From Candidatus Saccharimonadota bacterium (GTDB taxonomy: Bacteria; Pseudomonadota; Gammaproteobacteria; Enterobacterales; Enterobacteriaceae), in the NCBI GenBank assembly GCA_041942055.1, contig CP145874.1, forward strand, positions 150,001 through 182,000: DNA of 32,000 nucleotides, read 5' to 3'. The notes under the pieces were generated by a model. It did not search any database. It was not told the DNA's origin and saw only the letters and a program-made list of their open reading frames with translations. The first letter of the stretch is position 1. The number at the start of each line of letters is the position of its first letter. Made by a program: the position numbers and the translations under genes. This document shows positions 9,313 through 21,268 of the stretch, piece by piece.

Positions 9313-9572
9313 ATAAAGATAAAATTACTTCATTATCCAATACATATTATAATTAATTGGTATATTTTACTCTTGAGATTTATTCCATACTTATATAAAT
9401 TATACCATAGTAAAAACTATACCAATTTGAAAACCATTATCAATATTGTTTCAATTTTTGTCTAGGTTTATTACATTTCATTCGATTAAGTTTCCATTTA
9501 ATTGAATTTATAAAAAATTGTTACATATAAATCAAAAAAAAATTCTTTATAAATAAAATATAGGATTATTTA

Positions 9573-11462
9573 ATGTCTTATTCAAATTTTTTTGATGTGA
9601 TTATAATAGGTGCTGGTCATGCTGGAACCGAAGCCGCATTAGCATCTGCTAGAATGGGACGTCACACTTTGTTAATTACCCATAGTATTGAGACTATAGG
9701 ACAAATGTCCTGCAATCCTTCTATAGGAGGTATAGGAAAAGGACATCTGGTTAAAGAAATTGATGCTCTTGGTGGTTATATGGCAATAGCTATTGATCAT
9801 GCTGGAATTCAATTTAGAACTTTAAATTCTAGTAAAGGACCAGCTGTACGTGCTACTCGTGCGCAAGCAGATCGTATTTTATATCGTCAGATGATACGTA
9901 CTCAAATAGAAAATCAATCCAATCTCAAGCTATTTCAACAATCAGTTAGTAAATTATTGATTAATAATCAATGTATTAAAGGTGTAATTACTGAAATAGG
10001 AGTGACTTTCTATGCAAAATCAATAGTCCTTACAGTTGGTACCTTTCTTAATGGTAAAATTCATGTAGGTTTAGATTGTTATAAAGGAGGACGTGATGGA
10101 GAACTGAGTTCAATTTCATTAGCTCAATTTTTAAGGGAACTTCCATTAAGTGTAAAAAGATTAAAAACTGGTACACCTCCACGCATTCATGCTAATTCTA
10201 TTAATTATAATATGTTAATGGCTCAATACAGTGATTGTATCATGCCAGTATTCTCATTTATGGGAAATATTTCACAGCATCCTGTTCAAATGCCTTGTTA
10301 TATTACTCATACTAATATATTAACGCACGATATTATTATGAAAAATTTAAAATTTAGTCCCATGAATAAAGGTTTAATTAAAAGTATGGGTCCAAGATAT
10401 TGTCCTTCTATTGAAGATAAAGTGATACAGTTTAAAAATCGCCAAGAACATCAAGTATTCTTAGAACCCGAAGGACTTACTAGTAAAGAAATATATCCGA
10501 ACGGAATATCAACGAGTTTACCATTTAATATACAAATCCAAATTGTACGTTCTATTAAAGGTCTGGAGAATGCTCATATTACTCGTCCTGGTTACGCAAT
10601 AGAATATGATTATTTAGATCCTTGTAATCTTAAACGCACTTTAGAAAGTAAATCTATTCAGGGTTTATTTTTTGCGGGACAAATTAATGGAACTACTGGA
10701 TATGAAGAAGCAGCGGCTCAAGGTATTTTAGCCGGTATAAATGCCAGTTTGTTTGCTTTAAATAAAGAAGGTTGGGTTCCGCGAAGAGATCAAGCATATA
10801 TTGGAGTATTAGTAGATGATTTATGTACTCAAGGAATTCAAGAACCTTATAGGATGTTTACCTCACGTGCTGAACATCGTTTATACTTGCGTGAAGATAA
10901 TGCTGATATAAGGCTAACAGAAATAGGACGAAAGATGGGGTTAATAGATGAAAAAAGATGGATAACATTTAATCAAAAAATAGAGGAAATTGAAAAGGAA
11001 CGTCAAAGATTACGTAATCTTTGGATATCAAAAAATGATCTAATGAAAGTTAGTACAGAATTAAAAACAAGTACCATTATAAAAGAAATTAATGCTGAAG
11101 AATTATTACGGCGTCCAGAAATTACTTATGATTTATTAATGAATATTAAATCCTTTGCCCCGGGTCTAAGTAATGTTATTACTTATAAACAACTCGAAAT
11201 TCAAATAAAATATGAAGGTTACATTCTTAAACAGCAAAAAGAAATTTGGCAATATCAACGATACAGAAACCTGCTTCTTCCTCTAACATTAAATTATAGT
11301 GATATAAAGGGACTTTCTAATGAAGTTATTACCCAACTTAATAAATATAAACCTCTTTCCATTGATCAAGCCGCTTGTTTACCTGGAATTACTCCGACTG
11401 CCATCTCTATTTTGCTCCTTTGGTTAAAAAAACGTAATTATTTTAGTACTCTCGTAAAATAG
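9573..11462 (+). CDS. mnmG: tRNA uridine 5-carboxymethylaminomethyl modification enzyme MnmG (GidA)
   Basis: 629 aa with an FAD-binding N-terminus ([23 protein letters not shown]). [24 protein letters not shown] and the rest are colinear with E. coli MnmG. Followed by the atp operon. Confidence 0.98.
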   Translation: MSYSNFFDVIIIGAGHAGTEAALASARMGRHTLLITHSIETIGQMSCNPSIGGIGKGHLVKEIDALGGYMAIAIDHAGIQFRTLNSSKGPAVRATRAQADRILYRQMIRTQIENQSNLKLFQQSVSKLLINNQCIKGVITEIGVTFYAKSIVLTVGTFLNGKIHVGLDCYKGGRDGELSSISLAQFLRELPLSVKRLKTGTPPRIHANSINYNMLMAQYSDCIMPVFSFMGNISQHPVQMPCYITHTNILTHDIIMKNLKFSPMNKGLIKSMGPRYCPSIEDKVIQFKNRQEHQVFLEPEGLTSKEIYPNGISTSLPFNIQIQIVRSIKGLENAHITRPGYAIEYDYLDPCNLKRTLESKSIQGLFFAGQINGTTGYEEAAAQGILAGINASLFALNKEGWVPRRDQAYIGVLVDDLCTQGIQEPYRMFTSRAEHRLYLREDNADIRLTEIGRKMGLIDEKRWITFNQKIEEIEKERQRLRNLWISKNDLMKVSTELKTSTIIKEINAEELLRRPEITYDLLMNIKSFAPGLSNVITYKQLEIQIKYEGYILKQQKEIWQYQRYRNLLLPLTLNYSDIKGLSNEVITQLNKYKPLSIDQAACLPGITPTAISILLLWLKKRNYFSTLVK

Positions 11463-11538
11463 TAGGTTATTATCTTTTTTTAGTTTACTTTATATTATAA
11501 TAAACATAAAATTATTATAAACTTGATGATAATTATAA

Positions 11539-12366
<828 letters not shown>

Positions 12367-12391
12367 TTTTAAAATCTTTTTTCTCAATTAA

Positions 12392-12643
<252 letters not shown>

Positions 12644-12689
12644 TCAATTTACTGGAAAAATTTCATCACAGCCTAGCCGAGATTATGCT

Positions 12690-13163
12690 ATGAACTTAAA
12701 TGCAACACTCATAGGTCAAGCAATTGCTTTTATAATTTTTATTATCTTATGTATGAAATACATCTGGCCTCCTATTATAAGTGCTATAGAGAAGCGTCAA
12801 AAAGAAATAGCAGATGGAATAGCTTGTGCTGAACAAGCTAAAAACACTTTGAAAAGTGCACAAATTAAAGCCATAGAAGAATTGAAACATGCTCAAGAAA
12901 AAGCGTTATTAATAATAAATCAAGCAAAAGATCAAAGTACTAGTATCTTAGAAGAGGTGAAAATTGAAGCTGAAAAAGAACGTAGAAGAATTCTACAATT
13001 AGCTCAAGTCGAAATTGAAGTTATGCATTCTCATTTACGTAATGATTTGCAAAAAGAAGTTGCAAAATTAGTAATAGATAGTACCGAAAAAATTATAGAA
13101 CATTCTATAAATGAACATCTTGATGGTAAAATTATAGATAAACTAATTACTAAAAAACTATGA
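12690..13163 (+). CDS. atpF: F0F1 ATP synthase subunit b
   Basis: 157 aa. [43 protein letters not shown] matches the E. coli AtpF N-terminus. Confidence 0.97.
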   Translation: MNLNATLIGQAIAFIIFIILCMKYIWPPIISAIEKRQKEIADGIACAEQAKNTLKSAQIKAIEELKHAQEKALLIINQAKDQSTSILEEVKIEAEKERRRILQLAQVEIEVMHSHLRNDLQKEVAKLVIDSTEKIIEHSINEHLDGKIIDKLITKKL

Positions 13164-13708
13164 TAGAGAATAAATTAGAACTTATTTCTATAGCTAGACC
13201 TTATGCTATAGCTGCATTTGAATTTTCCCGAGAAAGAAAAGAAGTTGAACATTGGCAAGAAATGTTAGAATTAAGTACATTAGTTTCATCTAATAAGATA
13301 ATGAATAATATTTCAGGATCCTTATCTTATAGAATGTTATATAAGTTATTTATCACTATCTGTGAACCATATATTGATAGATATTTTAAAAATTTCATGG
13401 AAATAATGGCAGAAAATAAAAGATTGAAATTACTTCCAAAAATTTTAGAAATTTTTAAATATTTACGTCGGGTTTATTATGATCTAACAGAGGAAATTGA
13501 AGTTATTACCGCTAATAGAATTTCTAATGAACAATTTTTAAAACTTCAAAGGTTTTGTGAAAATCTTTTATTACGCCAAATAAAAATTCATTTAAAAATG
13601 GATAAAAATATCTTATTTGGAATAATTATTCGTATAGGCGATATGGTAATTGATGGTAGTGGACGTAGTCGTATTAATCGACTAGCTGAGATTTTATTAC
13701 AGTCCTAA
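13160..13708 (+). CDS. atpH: F0F1 ATP synthase subunit delta
   Basis: 182 aa with an ATGA overlap with atp[12 protein letters not shown] and [29 protein letters not shown] match AtpH. It is the most divergent atp subunit here. Confidence 0.93.
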   Translation: MIENKLELISIARPYAIAAFEFSRERKEVEHWQEMLELSTLVSSNKIMNNISGSLSYRMLYKLFITICEPYIDRYFKNFMEIMAENKRLKLLPKILEIFKYLRRVYYDLTEEIEVITANRISNEQFLKLQRFCENLLLRQIKIHLKMDKNILFGIIIRIGDMVIDGSGRSRINRLAEILLQS

Positions 13709-13721
13709 GGAAACCACATAT

Positions 13722-15275
13722 ATGCAAATTAATACTGCAGAAATTAGTGAACTGATCAAACAACGTATTGCTAATTTAAATTTATCAACTGATACTTATA
13801 ATGAAGGTACCATTTTTTCTATAAGTGATGGAATTATCAGAATTTATGGATTAAGTAATGTCATGCAAGGAGAAATGATTTATTTACCTGATACTCAATC
13901 TTATGCTATAGCATTAAATTTAGAACGCGACACAGTAGGTGCGGTAGTTATGGGTCCTTATATGGATATTGTTGAAGGCATGAAAGTGAAATGTACGGGA
14001 CGGATATTGGAGATTCCAGTAGGAAGAGGACTCTTAGGTAGAGTTATTAATCCATTAGGAAAAACTGTAGATGGAAAAGGATCATTAAAATATGATGTTT
14101 TTTCTCCAGTAGAAAGAATGGCTCCTGGAGTGATTGATCGTCAACCAGTGGATCAGCCACTTCAAACTGGATATAAGGTAATTGATAGCATGATTCCTAT
14201 TGGTCGAGGACAAAGAGAATTAATTATTGGAGATCGTCAAACTGGAAAAACCACTATCGCGATAGATACCATTATTAATCAGCGAGATTCGGGTATTAAA
14301 TGTATATATGTTGCGATAGGACAAAAATCTACTACAGTAGCAAATGTGGTACGAAAATTAGAAGAACATCAAGTATTAGATAATACTATTGTGGTAGTAG
14401 CTTTTGCATCAGATGCAGCCATTTTACAATATCTTGCACCCTATGCTGGGTGTACCATGGGTGAATTTTTTCGTGATCGAGGAGAAGATGCATTAATAAT
14501 TTATGATGATTTGTCAAAACAAGCCATTGCTTATAGACAAATTTCTTTATTATTAAGAAGACCTCCTGGTAGAGAAGCATATCCTGGAGATATATTTTAC
14601 CTTCACGCTCGATTACTAGAAAGAGCATCCCGTGTAAACTCTAATTATGTTACATTATATACTAAAGGAAAAATTCAGAATCAAACAGGATCTTTAACAG
14701 CTTTACCTATTATTGAAACTCAAGCAGGAGATGTATCTGCATTTGTTCCTACCAATGTAATTTCTATTACAGATGGTCAGATTTTTTTAGAATCTAATCT
14801 ATTTAATATTGGAATTCGTCCAGCTGTTAATCCTGGTATTTCTGTATCTCGTGTGGGTAGTAGTGCACAAACTAAGATTTTAAAACAACTTTCTAGTGGA
14901 ATACGAACTGCATTAGCTCAATATCGTGAATTAGCTGCATTTGCACAATTTTCATCAGATCTTGATGATACCACACGTAAACAAATTGAATATGGTAAAA
15001 AATTAACTGAATTATTCAAACAAAAACCATATAGTCCAATGAGTGTTGTAAAACAAGCAATTGTTTTATTTACTGCTTCACATGGTTATTTAGAAGATGT
15101 TAAATTAGATGAAATTAGTAAATTTGAATTATCCTTAATTAATTATGTTGAACATATGAATACTAAATTAATTCAATATATTAATAATACTGGAAGTTAT
15201 GATAATGAAATTATTTTAACATTAAAAGATCTTATTGAAAAATTTAAAAATCAACAATGTTATTTAAGTAATTAA
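13722..15275 (+). CDS. atpA: F0F1 ATP synthase subunit alpha
   Basis: 517 aa with Walker A GDRQTGKT. Colinear with E. coli AtpA. Confidence 0.99.
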   Translation: MQINTAEISELIKQRIANLNLSTDTYNEGTIFSISDGIIRIYGLSNVMQGEMIYLPDTQSYAIALNLERDTVGAVVMGPYMDIVEGMKVKCTGRILEIPVGRGLLGRVINPLGKTVDGKGSLKYDVFSPVERMAPGVIDRQPVDQPLQTGYKVIDSMIPIGRGQRELIIGDRQTGKTTIAIDTIINQRDSGIKCIYVAIGQKSTTVANVVRKLEEHQVLDNTIVVVAFASDAAILQYLAPYAGCTMGEFFRDRGEDALIIYDDLSKQAIAYRQISLLLRRPPGREAYPGDIFYLHARLLERASRVNSNYVTLYTKGKIQNQTGSLTALPIIETQAGDVSAFVPTNVISITDGQIFLESNLFNIGIRPAVNPGISVSRVGSSAQTKILKQLSSGIRTALAQYRELAAFAQFSSDLDDTTRKQIEYGKKLTELFKQKPYSPMSVVKQAIVLFTASHGYLEDVKLDEISKFELSLINYVEHMNTKLIQYINNTGSYDNEIILTLKDLIEKFKNQQCYLSN

Positions 15276-15285
15276 GATATATTTT

Positions 15286-16149
15286 ATGACATTTATAAAA
15301 GAAATACGTAATAAAATTAATTCTATTAAAAATCTGCAGAAAATCACTAAAGCAATGGAAATGGTTTCAGCTTCTAAAATGAAAAAAACTCAATCTATTA
15401 TGGAAGCGAGTTATCCTTATTCGGAAGCTATCTGTAGGGTAATTAGCCATCTAACTTTAGGCAATTTAGAATATAAACATCCTTATTTAGAACAGCGGGC
15501 AGTTAAAAACATTGGTTATTTAGTCTTTTCTACCGATCGTGGATTATGTGGAAGTTTGAATAGCAATTTATTTAAAAAATTATTTATAAATATAAGTAAA
15601 TGGTCTAATAAGGGTATAAATTGTAAGTTAGCTATTATTGGTTATAAAGGATTATCATTTTTAAATTCCTTCAATAAAAAAAATGTCATTGCTCATTCAG
15701 GTGCAGGAGAAATAGCATCTCTTTCGAGATTAATTGGACCAATAAAAGTATTATTAAATGCTTATCATAAAAAAGATATAGATAGAATCTATCTAGTTAA
15801 TAATCAATTGATCAATTTGATTTCACAGTTACCACAAATAATTCAATTATTACCATTAACAATCACAAAAAATCAACTCTTCAATTCAAAAAATTGGGAT
15901 TACTTATATGAACCAAAAGCTAAATCTCTTTTAAATATTCTATTAGAACGTTATATAGAATCCCAAGTTTATCAGCGATTAGTAGAAAATTTAGCCTGTG
16001 AACAAGCCGCACGAATGGTTGCAATGAAAACTGCAACAGATAATGGTTATAATTTAATTAATGAAATGCAAATAGTATACAATAAGGTGCGTCAGGCAAA
16101 TATTACTCAAGAAATTACTGAAATCGTATCTGGTGCTGCTGCAGTTTAA
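15286..16149 (+). CDS. atpG: F0F1 ATP synthase subunit gamma
   Basis: 287 aa. [30 protein letters not shown] at the N-terminus and [15 protein letters not shown] at the C-terminus match AtpG. Confidence 0.97.
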   Translation: MTFIKEIRNKINSIKNLQKITKAMEMVSASKMKKTQSIMEASYPYSEAICRVISHLTLGNLEYKHPYLEQRAVKNIGYLVFSTDRGLCGSLNSNLFKKLFINISKWSNKGINCKLAIIGYKGLSFLNSFNKKNVIAHSGAGEIASLSRLIGPIKVLLNAYHKKDIDRIYLVNNQLINLISQLPQIIQLLPLTITKNQLFNSKNWDYLYEPKAKSLLNILLERYIESQVYQRLVENLACEQAARMVAMKTATDNGYNLINEMQIVYNKVRQANITQEITEIVSGAAAV

Positions 16150-16173
16150 TTAAGAAGTAATAGGAGATTATAG

Positions 16174-18002
<1,829 letters not shown>

Positions 18003-18020
18003 TTGAATTCCTATACTATT

Positions 18021-18578
18021 TTAATATCTAGGAGGAAGCTTCATGGATTCTTGCCAAAGTCTCTTAAATTCTTTAGTATATTGAGAAGCTATTTCTGGAT
18101 AATGGTATAAGATTATTATATTTTCTGCATTATGTTTATCGGCAGCACTTGTATAATTATAAGATCCAGTTTCAATAATTTGTGAATCAATTATTATGAA
18201 CTTATTATGCATAATAGCATAGTGTTTATTTAATCTAACTAAAATTTGATGATTAGCTAAATAAGTAATGGCAGTATAATTATTAGAATTAGCTTTCTGA
18301 TCAGCAAGAATGCGTATTTTTACCCCATGCTCTTGTGCTTCTAATAATGCTAAACTAATTGCTTTACTAGTAAAAGAGTAAGCTGCTATATCTATAGTGT
18401 GTTGAGCTTGAGAAATAACTTTTAAAATTAAATTAGATGCTGAATGACCTGGAGAAAAACCTACCCGTATTTTTTGACTGTGATTATAAAAACATGAAAA
18501 AATATAAAATAATAAAATAATGACAGCAATAAATATCCAAAATTGAAATTTAATGGTTTTATTATGCTTTTGGTTCAT
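18021..18578 (-). CDS. Nuc-like endonuclease, phospholipase D superfamily (single HKD motif), with N-terminal signal/anchor
   Basis: The HxK(x)4D motif HNKFIIID lies at 18186-18209, followed by GSYNYT...NAENIIIL. The overall layout (VGFSPG...IDIAAYSFTS...) resembles my recollection of pKM101 Nuc. I prefer the ATG at 18578 (185 aa): MNQKHNKTIKFQFWIFIAVIILLFYIFS has a basic n-region and a hydrophobic core. The track's upstream ATG (18692) would run antisense into cca. No convincing Shine-Dalgarno precedes either start. Confidence 0.85.
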   Translation of the reverse strand: MNQKHNKTIKFQFWIFIAVIILLFYIFSCFYNHSQKIRVGFSPGHSASNLILKVISQAQHTIDIAAYSFTSKAISLALLEAQEHGVKIRILADQKANSNNYTAITYLANHQILVRLNKHYAIMHNKFIIIDSQIIETGSYNYTSAADKHNAENIIILYHYPEIASQYTKEFKRLWQESMKLPPRY

Positions 18579-18653
18579 TATTTTTCTAAATGTATTTCTA
18601 TTATTGAATAATATCAATAATTTAAATAAAATTAAATAAAAATTTATTTGATT

Positions 18654-19844
18654 ATGAAAATTTATCTTGTAGGAGGTGCAATCCGTGATCATCTGCTAAA
18701 TTTACCTGTTAAGGATAAAGATTGGGTCATTGTTGGAACTACACCTCAAGAAATCCTCAAATTAGGTTTTAAACCAGTTGGAAAAGGTTTTCCGGTGTTT
18801 TTGCATCCAGTCACGGGTGAAGAATATGCATTAGCACGTACTGAAAAAAAATCTGGAAAAGGTTATACAGGTTTTACCTGTTATACTGCTCCCAATGTAA
18901 GCTTACAGCAAGATTTACAACGTAGAGATCTTACAATTAATGCTATTGCATGTGATGAAAATGGAAAGTATGTTGATCCTTTTAATGGAAGAAAAGATTT
19001 AGCAAGCCGTATTATTCGTCATATTTCGAGTAATTTTCGTGATGATCCTTTACGTGTATTACGTGTAGCACGTTTTGCAGCATGTTATGCTCATCTAGAT
19101 TTTACTGTTGCTCATGAAACACTTATGTTAATGCGTTCTATGTCACAAAATGGAGAACTAATACAATTAACTGCAGAAAGAATTTGGAAAGAAACTGAAT
19201 TAGCTCTTCAATCACCTCATCCACAACGCTATTTCCAAGTTTTACAAGAGTGTAATGCTTTAGATAAAATTTTTCCTGAATTAGCAAGATTATATGAAAT
19301 TCCTATTTCAAAAGACATGAATATGGGATCTCATACTTTGAGATCGTTATCCATTGTTGCACAACTGAGTACACAAATAGAAGTTCGGTTTGCCACTTTA
19401 TGTCATAATTTTGGCACATTAAGTCACTTTAATCATGGAAGTAGTGAAGAGAAGTTAATACAATGTTTTTGTCAACGATTACGTGTTCCAAAGTCGGTGC
19501 AAAAATTTGCTCTATTAGCAACTAAATTAAGTTCTTTGGTTCATCATATAGACAAATTGCAACCGTGTATGGTAATTAAATTATTTAATCATTTAGATGC
19601 ATGGCGTAAACCATATCGTATCGAACAACTATCATTAGTTAGTGAAGCAGACGCACGTGCTTATCGTGAAAAAACAATCCTCTATCCACAAGGAGAATAT
19701 TTACGTACTATGTTTCAAATAGCTAATAAAATTTCAGTGAAAAAAATCATAGAACAAGGGTTTCAGGGAATAAAAATTCATCAAGAATTATCTAAACAGA
19801 GATGTCAAAAAATCTCCGAATGGAAAGTAAAAAATTTTATTTAG
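18654..19844 (+). CDS. cca: CCA-adding tRNA nucleotidyltransferase (HD motif degenerate)
   Basis: MKIYLVGGAIRDHLLNLPVKDKDWVIVG aligns residue for residue with the E. coli Cca N-terminus, so the start is the ATG at 18654 and not the track's TTG at 18648. RRDLTINA and DPLRVLRVARFAA are conserved. The C-terminal HD motif reads LCHNFGT here (HN at 19404-19409). Confidence 0.96.
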   Translation: MKIYLVGGAIRDHLLNLPVKDKDWVIVGTTPQEILKLGFKPVGKGFPVFLHPVTGEEYALARTEKKSGKGYTGFTCYTAPNVSLQQDLQRRDLTINAIACDENGKYVDPFNGRKDLASRIIRHISSNFRDDPLRVLRVARFAACYAHLDFTVAHETLMLMRSMSQNGELIQLTAERIWKETELALQSPHPQRYFQVLQECNALDKIFPELARLYEIPISKDMNMGSHTLRSLSIVAQLSTQIEVRFATLCHNFGTLSHFNHGSSEEKLIQCFCQRLRVPKSVQKFALLATKLSSLVHHIDKLQPCMVIKLFNHLDAWRKPYRIEQLSLVSEADARAYREKTILYPQGEYLRTMFQIANKISVKKIIEQGFQGIKIHQELSKQRCQKISEWKVKNFI

Positions 19845-19863
19845 TGATTAATTGAACTTTATT

Positions 19864-20901
19864 TTACACTGGTAATGATTCAGTTAGTGACCAGCAAGGA
19901 TTAACATTGATACTAGCTAATGAATGTTCTATTTTTATGTTTGCCTTCTTATACTGTTCTAATTTAAGTATTCCAGCATAGGCAATCATGGCTCCATTAT
20001 CAGTACAAAATGTTGGATGGGCATAAAATATTTCTCCTCCTAATGTGAACATCATTTCTTGAAATCTCGAACGTAGAGTATTATTGGCGCTAACGCCACC
20101 TACTATAACTAGTCGTTGAATTTTAGTTTCTGCGATTGCACGTTTACATTTAATCATTAATGTATCAATGATAGCATCTTCAAAAGCATAGGCAATATCA
20201 GCACGAGTTTGGTCATCCTTATTATGATTCTTAATTATATTAGTTGCATAAGTTTTTAAACCAGAAAAACTGAAATCTAGTCCTGGACGATCTGTCATAG
20301 GTCTAGGAAAATGAAATTTTCCTTTGGAACCTTGTAGTGCTAAATTTGAAAGCATAGCTGCTCCTGGATAATCAAATCCCAATAATTTGGCTATTTTATC
20401 AAATGCTTCTCCTACTGCATCATCTAAAGATTTACCTAATAATTCATATATACCTACATTTCTTACTTTAATTAATTGTGTATGACTTCCAGAAATTAAT
20501 AAAGCAATAAAAGGAAAGAATGGTTGTTGTTTAGGTTCTAAGAATGGAGTTAAAATATGACCTTCCAGATGGTTGATTGGTATGGCTGGAATGTTTAATG
20601 AAAATGCTAGTGCATGTGCTAAGCTCGCGCCAACTAATAAGGAGCTAATCAATCCTGGACCGGCTGTATAAGCTACTGCATTAATATCATGAAGATTTAA
20701 TTTAGTTTCTTTGAATATTAAATCAATTAATGGTGCTAATTTTCGTATGTGATCACGCGCTGCTAACTCTGGTACTACACCACCATAATCTGCATGTAAT
20801 GTTATTTGGCTAGAAATTTTATTAGCTAATAAACCTATATTCTTGTCATAAATAGCAACTCCTGTGTCATCACAAGAGGTTTCAATTCCAAGTACACGCA
20901 T
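19864..20901 (-). CDS. tsaD: tRNA N6-adenosine threonylcarbamoyltransferase TsaD (YgjD/Gcp)
   Basis: 345 aa. [19 protein letters not shown], the metal-binding HLEGHI, and GGVSAN...[12 protein letters not shown] are present. It is divergent from rpsU as in E. coli. Confidence 0.98.
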   Translation of the reverse strand: MRVLGIETSCDDTGVAIYDKNIGLLANKISSQITLHADYGGVVPELAARDHIRKLAPLIDLIFKETKLNLHDINAVAYTAGPGLISSLLVGASLAHALAFSLNIPAIPINHLEGHILTPFLEPKQQPFFPFIALLISGSHTQLIKVRNVGIYELLGKSLDDAVGEAFDKIAKLLGFDYPGAAMLSNLALQGSKGKFHFPRPMTDRPGLDFSFSGLKTYATNIIKNHNKDDQTRADIAYAFEDAIIDTLMIKCKRAIAETKIQRLVIVGGVSANNTLRSRFQEMMFTLGGEIFYAHPTFCTDNGAMIAYAGILKLEQYKKANIKIEHSLASINVNPCWSLTESLPV

Positions 20902-20917
20902 TTATTCTGGATTATAC

Positions 20918-20947
20918 TTTACAATAGAACTTATCCTGCATTATAAT
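20918..20947 (+). promoter_or_regulatory. Candidate sigma70 promoter for rpsU-dnaG-rpoD
   Basis: TTTACA (20918-20923), an 18-nt spacer, then TATAAT (20942-20947), 40 nt upstream of the rpsU ATG. An AAGGA Shine-Dalgarno lies at 20973-20977. This is a pattern match in AT-rich DNA only. Confidence 0.35.
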
Positions 20948-20987
20948 ATTTATTATAATTGAAATCAATAATTAAGGATAATAATGC

Positions 20988-21203
20988 ATGCCAATAATTA
21001 AGGTACGTGAAAATGAGCCTTTTGATATTGCACTACGACGTTTTAAACGTTCTTGTGAAAAAGCAGGAATATTAGCTGAAATTCGTCGTCGGGAATATTA
21101 TGAAAAACCTACTACTGAACGTAAAAGAGCTAAAGCTTCTGCAAGAAAGCGTCTCTCTAAGAAGCTCGCTAGAGAAAGCGCACGCCGTATACGTCATTAT
21201 TAG
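20988..21203 (+). CDS. rpsU: 30S ribosomal protein S21
   Basis: 71 aa. [52 protein letters not shown] is nearly identical to E. coli S21. Confidence 0.99.
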   Translation: MPIIKVRENEPFDIALRRFKRSCEKAGILAEIRRREYYEKPTTERKRAKASARKRLSKKLARESARRIRHY

Positions 21204-21227
21204 TAAATATTTTTATACAAAAATTAA

Positions 21228-21255
21228 AGATTTTTATAAAATCTATTTTACTTTT
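21228..21255 (+). terminator. Weak hairpin plus T-rich tail between rpsU and dnaG (possible attenuator)
   Basis: AGATTTT-tat-AAAATCT (21228-21244) is followed by ATTTTACTTTT. Its position corresponds to the internal terminator known between rpsU and dnaG in E. coli. The stem is almost entirely A/U, so stability is doubtful. Confidence 0.25.
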
Positions 21256-21268
21256 ATAATCAAATCTT

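Noticed and set aside
9122-9316. 64-aa ORF inside the large noncoding interval
   Set aside because: It has a low-complexity Leu/Asn/Ile composition typical of random AT-rich frames, no Shine-Dalgarno, and no resemblance to mioC, coaA or any family I recognise. It also spans the AATCTTCT repeats, which look like DNA-level features.
8558-9572. Interpreting the 1-kb spacer as a decayed coaA, mioC or rRNA/ncRNA gene (RNase P, tmRNA, 6S, 4.5S)
   Set aside because: Translating by eye in the expected orientations gave nothing resembling the CoaA or MioC N-termini. None of the conserved cores of those RNAs (as I recall them) is present. A very decayed relic cannot be excluded without a sensitive search.
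18648-18653. TTG start for cca, the upstream ATG (12392) for atpE, and the first ATG (23026) for rpoD
   Set aside because: Alignment with the E. coli N-termini favours ATG 18654 for cca and ATG 12404 for atpE, which has GGAG 6 nt upstream. For rpoD the choice between 23026 and 23041 is unresolved, so both are noted.
18579-18692. N-terminal 38-aa extension of the nuc-like ORF (track start 18692)
   Set aside because: The extension would be encoded antisense to the first 13 codons of cca plus the AT-rich spacer, and it would precede the obvious signal/anchor peptide. The internal ATG at 18578 gives a Nuc-sized protein.
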